A DNA stretch of 64,000 bases, from positions 42,904,001-42,968,000 of the forward strand of contig OZ024754.1 in the NCBI GenBank assembly GCA_964016885.1, read 5' to 3'. The translations under genes were made by a program, and so were the position numbers. Positions 55,495 through 64,000 of the stretch are shown piece after piece; positions within the stretch are counted from its first letter, which is position 1; each line of letters opens with the position of its first letter. The stretch comes from Eledone cirrhosa (Eukaryota). The notes under the pieces were generated by a model. The model saw nothing but the letters and a program-made list of their open reading frames with translations. It was not told the DNA's origin and made no database searches.

Positions 55495-55870
55495 CAGTGT
55501 AACCCCCGGCATTCGCGGCCCCGGTTATTCGTGGAATTTTCCTTAGGAACCTAACTAATAATCGTTCGTGGAAACCACCGCATATTCGCGGAATTGTTAA
55601 TATCTTTCGCGATTTTTAATGGTTTTTTTTTCGTGGCAATATATATATATATATATATATTTAACGCTAAATTATTAATAACAATATATTGTATTTGCCG
55701 GCCTATTGGACGCCCCTTCGCATAAGACGCTCCAACTTTTTAAAAATTATATTTTATGTTATATTTTGACGTTTATAGGTATTTTTATAGACCACGTCCA
55801 ATATTCGCGTTTTTCCACTCTTCGCGGCTGCTCCAGTAACGTAACCCCCGCGAATACCGGAGGACAACTG
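55495..55870. mobile_element. Tigger/pogo-like non-autonomous DNA transposon (MITE)
   Basis: TA|CAGTGTAACCCCCGGCATTCGCGG ... CCGCGAATACCGGAGGACAACTG|TA: imperfect TIRs, TA target duplication and internal ATTCGCG repeats. Confidence 0.8.
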
Positions 55871-56104
55871 TACTGTCTTAAGCTTAAAGTAAATGGACCT
55901 TAATCGGTTTCGACGATGAGTGTGCCAAATGTTTGATCAAAAGAATGGCATGCTCGTTAAATTAACTAGAAGTGGCTGAGTATTCCACAGACACGTCTAC
56001 CCTTAACTTATTTCGCAGGGAGATTCAGCATGACTGGATCTCTGAATTTCTGATACAATCCATCTTATATTATAGTGTAAGTGGCTGGGAATTCTATAGA
56101 ATCA

Positions 56105-56480
56105 TAGGATCAACGTGATGTCTGATCCTAGGATCAACGTGATATCTGATCCAAGGATCAACGTGATATATGATCCTAAGATCAACGTGATGCCTGATCC
56201 TAAGATCAACGTGATGCCTGATCCTAAGATCAACGTGATGTATGATCCTAAGATCAACGTGATGTATGATCCTAGAATCAACGTGATGTAAGATCCTAAG
56301 ATCAACATGATGCCTGATCCTAAGATCAACGTGATGTATGATCCTAAGATTAACGTGATGCCTGATCCTAAGATCAACGTGATGCCTGATCCTAAGATCA
56401 ACGTGATGTATGATCCTAAGATCAACGTGATACCTGATCCTAAGATCAACGTGATGCCTGATTCTAAGATCAACATGATA
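56105..56480. repeat. 24-bp minisatellite GATCCTAAGATCAACGTGATG(CC/TA)T
   Basis: About 15 copies. Confidence 0.95.
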
Positions 56481-56557
56481 TATGTATGCATGCATACACA
56501 TATATAATCACACACATAACCATACATACACTTCTGCAACACGCTCATACATACACA

Positions 56558-56604
<47 letters not shown>

Positions 56605-57232
56605 ACACACACACATATACATACACAGAGAAAACGACTGACAAGTGTCAAATATCAAAATCCTATAATAAAACGATAAATATTATTTGAACAACGATAT
56701 TTCTTTGTTATGTGCTGTTGTTGTTGTTATTGACTTTTGTAGTTGTTGTTGTTGTTTTTGTGTGATTTTGTTATTGCTGTTGTTGTTGTTGTTGCTGTTG
56801 TTGTTGGTGTGTGATTTTGTTATTGCTGTTGCTGTTGTTGTTGTTGTTGTGTGGTTTTGTTGTTGTTAGCAATGGCTGCTTGTTTGTTTATCTGTCTCCT
56901 ACAAATTCAATTAATGGAGCATGCGCACAACCACTGTAATATTCCGTGCTGCAGAATAAATAAAGTGAATATTGGCCAACGTCACGTGATCAGCAAAACT
57001 AACACGAAATCAAAATCAAACATTTTAAAGTCTTCAGTGGCGGAACATCTTCAAACTTAATGAATGCGCCATGTTGACCACGTGACCATGTGTCTGATGA
57101 GGCCATCTGTTTTCTGTCACCTCTCCTTCTTGTCTGTCAGTCTGTCTGTCTCTCTGTCTGTCTCTCCAGCTCTCTCACTTTTTCTATATATACACACACG
57201 CATACATATTTATATATATATATATGTATATA

Positions 57233-57330
<98 letters not shown>

Positions 57331-57416
57331 CGTGTGTGTGTGTGTATGTGTGTATGTATAAAGTATTTCCGTGGAAAATGTAAAGGAAAGAAGAGCGCTC
57401 TGTGTATAGTACAGAG

Positions 57417-57478
<62 letters not shown>

Positions 57479-57496
57479 ATGTATGTGTGTGCGTGT

Positions 57497-58742
57497 TAGA
57501 TATTAATATAGTAGATATAAGTGTTTTAGATATTAGTATAGTAGATATTAGTATTGTGGATAATAGTATAGTAGATATTAGTATAGTAGATATTAGTATA
57601 GTAGATATTAGTATAGTAAGATATTAGTATAGTAGATATTAGTATAGTAAGATATTAGTATAGTAGATATTAGTATAGTAGATATTAGTATAGTAGATAT
57701 TAGTATAGTAGATATTAGTATAGTAGATAATAGTATAGTAGATATTAGTATAGTAGATATTAGTATAGTAGATATTAGTATAGTAGATATTAGTATAGTA
57801 GATATTAGTATAGTAGATATTAGTATTGTGGATATTAGTATAGTGGATATTAGTATAGTAGATATTAGTATTGTGGATATTAGTATAGTGGATATTAGTA
57901 TAGTAGATATTAGTATAGTAGATATTAGTATAGTAGATATTAGTATAGTAGATATTAGTATAGTAGATATTAGTATAGTAGATATTAGTATAGTAGATAT
58001 TAGTATTGTGGATATTAGTATAGTGGATATTAGTATAGTAGATATTAGTATTGTGGATATTAGTATAGTGGATATTAGTATAGTAGATATTAGTATAGTA
58101 GATATTAGTATAGTAGATATTAGTATAGTAGATATTAGTATAGTAGATATTAGTATAGTAGATATTAGTATAGTAGATATTAGTATTGTGGATATTAGTA
58201 TAGTGGATATTAGTATAGTAGATATTAGTATAGTAGATATTAGTATAGTAGATATTAGTATAGTAGATATTAGTATAGTAGATATTAGTATTGTGGATAT
58301 TAGTATAGTGGATATTAGTATAGTAGATATTAGTATAGTGGATATTTGTATAGTAGATATTAGTATAGTAGATATTAGTATAGTAGATATTAGTATTGTG
58401 GATATTAGTATAGTGGATATTAGTATAGTAGATATTAGTATAGTAGATATTAGTATAGTAGATATTAGTATAGTAGATATTAGTATAGTAGATATTAGTA
58501 TAGTAGATATTAGTATAGTAGATATTAGTATAGTAGATATTAGTATTGTGGATATTAGTATAGTGGATATTAGTATAGTAGATATTAGTATAGTGGATAT
58601 TTGTATAGTAGATATTAGTATAGTAAGATATTAGTATAGTAGATATTAGTATTGTGGATATTAGTATAGTGGATATTAGTATAGTAGATATTAGTATAGT
58701 AGATATTAGTATAGTAGATATTAGTATAGTAGATATTAGTAT
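57497..58742. repeat. 15-bp satellite GATATTAGTATAGTA
   Basis: About 80 copies; gives the DISIV and TNIYY ORFs. Confidence 0.97.
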
Positions 58743-58880
58743 CAGCAATCTATGAAGATTAATAGCTAACATATGATACCTATAGCTGTCACTTAAACAT
58801 ATCAAATTCTATGATCAACATATGTATGGCGCGTGTATACAACAAAGTCTATCTCTCTATCTCTTTATCTCTCTCTGTGT

Positions 58881-58960
<80 letters not shown>

Positions 58961-59082
58961 CTCTCTCTCTCACACACTCTCTCTCTCACTCACCTTTTCT
59001 TATACACACACATACAAACACCCTCACAAATTATTCCATGTATTTCAGTATTTCAGCATTTTGTTTTACACATATGTGTATG

Positions 59083-59121
<39 letters not shown>

Positions 59122-59150
59122 GTGTAAAAAAAATACTGAAATACTGAAAA

Positions 59151-59177
<27 letters not shown>

Positions 59178-59181
<4 letters not shown>

Positions 59182-59425
59182 TACTTGGGGAGGGTCATAT
59201 TGTTGTAATAATATTGCCGCCAGAAATAATAACAGAACACACTCACTGTTTGCTTGGTTTTCGCTTCTGTATCTTTTACATCTCCACAGTTAATTCATTT
59301 GACAATCAATGTTTATCATTAACTGACCAACGGTTAAAAATACAGATATAAATACATATATATATATATATATATAGTCTAACAAAGTTCTTTCGTTGCA
59401 CATCTGCAACATCATCAGTGATATT
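59178..59425 (-). mobile_element. Distant H3-related element with hammerhead at 59381-59422
   Basis: GTTATACTTGGGGAGGGTCAT is shared with 44958. Minus-strand motif: ATCA-CTGATGA-T-GTTGCA GATG TGCAAC-GAA-AGAACT-T-TGTT. Confidence 0.7.
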
Positions 59426-59674
59426 ATTATCATGTTACCTCCTATTGTGTTGTATTGTAATGTTCACGCCAATTTTATTTAAATATAAATGGCGTGAACA
59501 TTACAATTGGTGGGGTTGCCGGTTTAGTGGCCGACGCCCCGACCATGCGACAGGTTGTGCTGGGTTACATGTTACCAGAAGCACTCAAGAGTGACCCGAC
59601 ATCTTAACCGTAACTGAGATTAATTTTAAAACATTGATTGAAACGTTGAGTGTATATGAATATTAGAATGGGAA

Positions 59675-59784
<110 letters not shown>

Positions 59785-59833
59785 TATGTGTGATATATCT
59801 ATATATCTATATATCTATATATATATATATATA

Positions 59834-59873
<40 letters not shown>

Positions 59874-59991
59874 TATACATATATATATATTATGGAATAC
59901 TGTTGGCTTCTTGCTACAATACTTTCTATACCTTTCATTTATATATATACATATATATATATACATATATAGATACATATATATATGTATG

Positions 59992-60033
<42 letters not shown>

Positions 60034-60166
60034 TATATATATACATATATATATACATATATAGATACATATATGTATGTATATATATATACATATATGT
60101 ATGTATATATATACATATATATACATATATGTATCTATATATGTATATATATGTATATATATGTGT

Positions 60167-60206
<40 letters not shown>

Positions 60207-60252
60207 TATATATATAATGCATAGATATGTATATACATATATATATATATAC

Positions 60253-60290
<38 letters not shown>

Positions 60291-60393
60291 TATATACATT
60301 ATATTTATTGATATACATTATATATATACATTATATATATATATATATACACATACTCACATATATATAAACACATAAACACAATATATATAC

Positions 60394-60447
<54 letters not shown>

Positions 60448-60860
60448 GTATGTAATATATATATAAGTTTGTATATATATACATATATATAAGTTTATAT
60501 ATATATAGATATATGTTTGATAAGAATAATTTCATAATAACCCAACTTTGTCAGGCTAAGATACTAAACAGTGCTGACACAACACCAAAATAAAGGCCAC
60601 AAGAATGTTCTGATAGACATTCCACGCCATTTCTTTCTAACTTAACTCACATCATATTTCCTCTCATAGAGACTTAATTAAAACTGAATCTACCATCTTT
60701 ATAACTCCTCTAATTTACTTCTTAACAACTGCCAACTCTGCCATTTCTACTTGATGGAAGACACAAAGAAACCTTTCTGAACGGAGAACCATAATCTTCT
60801 TGCAAGAAACTTGCAGTTTACTTATTGCTGTATTTATGGAGCATATATATTAATGTGACA

Positions 60861-60933
<73 letters not shown>

Positions 60934-60986
60934 AGTATTAGTGGTGGTAGTAGTAGTGGTAGTAGTAATGGTGGTAGTAGTAGTAT

Positions 60987-61021
<35 letters not shown>

Positions 61022-61066
61022 GTATTAGTAGGAGTAGTAGTAGTGGTGGTAGTATTAGTGGTGGTA

Positions 61067-61104
<38 letters not shown>

Positions 61105-61239
61105 AGTATTAGTGGTGGTAGTAGTAGTAGTGGTAGTGGTAGTGGTTATGGTAGTAGTAGTGGTGGTAGTATTGGTAGTGGTAGTAGTAGTGGTGGTGGT
61201 AGTAGTGGTTGTAGTAGTAGACACTAAGTTATGGTAATG

Positions 61240-61284
<45 letters not shown>

Positions 61285-61420
61285 ATGTGGTAGGTGTATG
61301 CTTGTGTATGTAATTGTAAGCAACACGTGCGTGTGTGTGTTTCTGTGTCTGTCTTTCTGTGAGGGTATCTCGACATCTTGGCATGTTTATAATACACACA
61401 CACATATATATATATATATG

Positions 61421-61469
<49 letters not shown>

Positions 61470-61478
61470 GTGTATATA

Positions 61479-61534
<56 letters not shown>

Positions 61535-61712
61535 ATATGTATATAAAGAATTAATATATCTACCGACATATGTATACAGATGCATACCTACGCTAGCAGA
61601 TATATATGTTTTGTCTTAGTAACTTTGTAGTTCAATGCAGGGGAATGCAGAACAATTATATGAAAGACGTAAATAAGAAAGTTATGAAAATTGACTTACT
61701 TACTAAAATTTC

Positions 61713-61791
61713 ACTCCAACTAATTAGTTTCTGTAAGGGAATAAATGCAGTTACGTAATACCTGTAGAGAAGCCTTACGTCATCAGGGAGT
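61713..61791 (-). ncRNA. Type I hammerhead motif (H10, left arm)
   Basis: Reverse complement of 62062-62140 with the core intact. Confidence 0.85.
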
Positions 61792-62061
61792 CTATTCTCA
61801 GCTAAGCCACCAGGCAATGCGGGGACACTGGAAGCTTATATAACAATAATTCAGTGGATGGAAAAAAGCGAAAAAAATCGAGCGGGGCTGGATTCTAAGC
61901 ACTGAAAAATTCGCAGCCTCTTTGGTCGAGTGGCAAATTCAAAAGAATTAATCACGTGACACTGAGGTTAACCAGCTTGGAGTGGGGGTGCTATTAAGAC
62001 AGAGCCTAGCTACTACTATCAGTCACAGTAGTAATTTGGCTGGTGGCTTAGCTGAGAATAG

Positions 62062-62140
62062 ACTCCCTGATGACGTAAGGCTTCTCTACATGTATTACGT
62101 AACTGTATTTATCCCCTTACAGAAACTAATTAGTTGGAGT
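62062..62140 (+). ncRNA. Type I hammerhead motif (H10, right arm)
   Basis: ACTCC-CTGATGA-C-GTAAGG[34-nt loop]CCTTAC-A-GAA-ACTAATTAGT-T-GGAGT; stem III is the palindrome ACTAATTAGT. Confidence 0.88.
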
Positions 62141-62223
62141 GAAATTTTAGTAAGTAATTCAATTTTCATAACTTTCTTATTTACGTCTTTCATAATATGT
62201 ATATATATATATATGTATATATG

Positions 62224-62324
<101 letters not shown>

Positions 62325-62334
62325 GTGTGTCTGT

Positions 62335-62640
62335 TAGTATTTCTGGAGCAATGTCTAGAACTATGCCTGGAACTGTCTGGAGATGCGTCTACAAATATCT
62401 GGAAGGACGTCTAGAACTGTCTGGACAAATCCTAGTGCTATCTCTGGAACTAGAACTATGTCTAGAATTATGTCTGGAACTTTCTGGAAATACGTCTAGT
62501 AATATCTCTGGAACTATGTCTAGAATTATATCTGGAACTCTCTGGAGATGCGTCTACAACTGTCTCTGTAACTATATCTAGAATTACGTCTTGAACTGTC
62601 TGGAGATGCGTCTACAACTGTCTAGAAATACGTCTTGAAC
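62335..62640. repeat. Degenerate short tandem repeat (TCTGGAACT/TGTCTAGAA units)
   Basis: Repeated TCT(G/A)GAA motifs. Confidence 0.75.
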
Positions 62641-63200
62641 GATCTATTGGAAGTTCAAATTGAAGGTTCAAATCTTCCACTAACGTTTAGTTATGTTTCT
62701 GAAAGAAACACTTGTTTGATCGTGTCTTACACTTGTGGACACTAGCATTGTTTGGTATAGGAATCCAAGGAGACACACTTTATGCTAAATTGTTTCAGTT
62801 TAACCAGATGTCAAATGTAAGAATCAAACCATCTGGGAATATATTATTTAGTCGATTCTATTCGTTTTAAATTCTGGATATCATCCATTGATGTTTCTAA
62901 CATCGCATGTTGGATTAAACTGATTGATTTCACACTTCTACCACCTGTGAACTAATTTTGTCTGTCTGTCACGAGGGATTCATATATCAATCGCATACAA
63001 GGGACAATGAGAGAGTCTTTATACAATCACGCGATCTGCTAGAAACAGCAGCAGAGTTTTCTCGAATCATCCCTCAATCCATTTTATCAATTGATACGTT
63101 GGGTAAAGTGTTTGGATGAAAATATAGGATGGTCCGGGCTGGAGCGGCTATGATAACTATATAACCTATATATACACTATATATATACTTTCTATATATA

Positions 63201-63329
<129 letters not shown>

Positions 63330-63377
63330 AAAGGATACCAAGGACGATTGGTTACTCTTTCATTACATTTATTGGTA

Positions 63378-63462
63378 GGTGACGCGCGTTTCGCCACTGA
63401 TCAGCTCAAAGTTCGATCTGTATCGATCTTACCCGACTCAATAATCGGCAGCTCGACGGACC
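63378..63462 (-). ncRNA. Hammerhead-like fold with non-canonical core CCGUCGA
   Basis: Minus strand: GGT-CCGTCGA-GCT-GCC...GGC-GAA-ACGCGCGT-C-ACC, then TACCAATAAA; island between (TA)n tracts. Confidence 0.5.
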
Positions 63463-63482
63463 CTTTAAAATATATATATACA

Positions 63483-63548
<66 letters not shown>

Positions 63549-63618
63549 GAATGAATTCTGTGAGAGAACATCGTTATTTTTTTCTCCCTCATATCAAGAA
63601 TTTGAAGACAATTCATTT

Positions 63619-63692
63619 TCACCTGATGAGATCAGTGATAATCGATAATGGCTTTACAATCGATCTATCTCTTATTGAAACATGTGTCGTGA
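63619..63692 (+). ncRNA. Type I hammerhead motif with long stem II in a (TA)n island 63545-63737
   Basis: TCAC-CTGATGA-[GATA ATCGAT...ATCGAT C TATC hairpin]-GAA-ACATGTGT-C-GTGA, then ATTAAA. Confidence 0.75.
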
Positions 63693-63733
63693 TTAAATGA
63701 TTGGAATTGTACCTTGCCTTCGGATTTTCATTT

Positions 63734-63764
<31 letters not shown>

Positions 63765-63889
63765 CTCTCTCTATATATACACTATATATATATATATATA
63801 TATATACACTCTCTATATACACACACTATATTGTACCGATTGTGTTGTTATTTCTGTTTACCTTTTACAGACATACATACAGAAACTCA

Positions 63890-64000
63890 ATGGCCGACAC
63901 AGCTTGGCACCAGTTTCCTCACAACCCCCCTTTTTCCAGAGGAGTCAACTGAAACAAGGTAAAACAAAGTCTCTCGCTCCACCCGTCCGGGAATCGAACT
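63890..64000 (-). mobile_element. CORE-type SINE, same family as 1-150, cut by the window end
   Basis: Minus strand: AGTTCGATTCCCGG B box ... CTGGTGCCAAGCTGTGTCGGCC. Confidence 0.65.

Larger units (their letters stand above)
61659..62194. mobile_element. 155-bp inverted repeat (226-bp spacer) with a hammerhead in each arm, family H10
   Basis: Arms 61659-61813 and 62040-62194 with a few mismatches; the right arm ends at (TA)n. Confidence 0.9.

Noticed and set aside
57639-58805. TNIYY and DISIV repeat ORFs
   Set aside because: Artefacts of the 15-bp satellite.

Overview
This window is AT-rich eukaryotic non-coding DNA saturated with microsatellites; its repeat content suggests an octopus or other coleoid cephalopod (inference). 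I cannot support any protein-coding gene: the long ORFs in the track are translations of simple or tandem repeats. The window holds a 6.1-kb satellite (9757-15896), about 10 minisatellites, about 15 copies or fragments of tRNA-derived SINEs and a Tigger/pogo-like MITE. The main hidden signal is in the short 'unique' islands inside (TA)n tracts. Many carry minimal type I hammerhead ribozyme (HHR) folds: stem I - CUGANGA - stem II - GAAA - short, often palindromic stem III - UH - stem I', often followed by AATAAA. By eye I found about 20 intact or slightly degenerate HHR motifs from roughly 10 sequence families, on both strands. Three pairs sit in long head-to-head inverted repeats with one ribozyme per arm, and some have non-canonical cores (CAGAAGA, CCGUCGA). 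This architecture matches pseudo-LTR remnants of Penelope-like retroelements (PLEs) or retrozyme-like non-autonomous elements targeting (TA)n. All folds were inspected by hand and were not computed.
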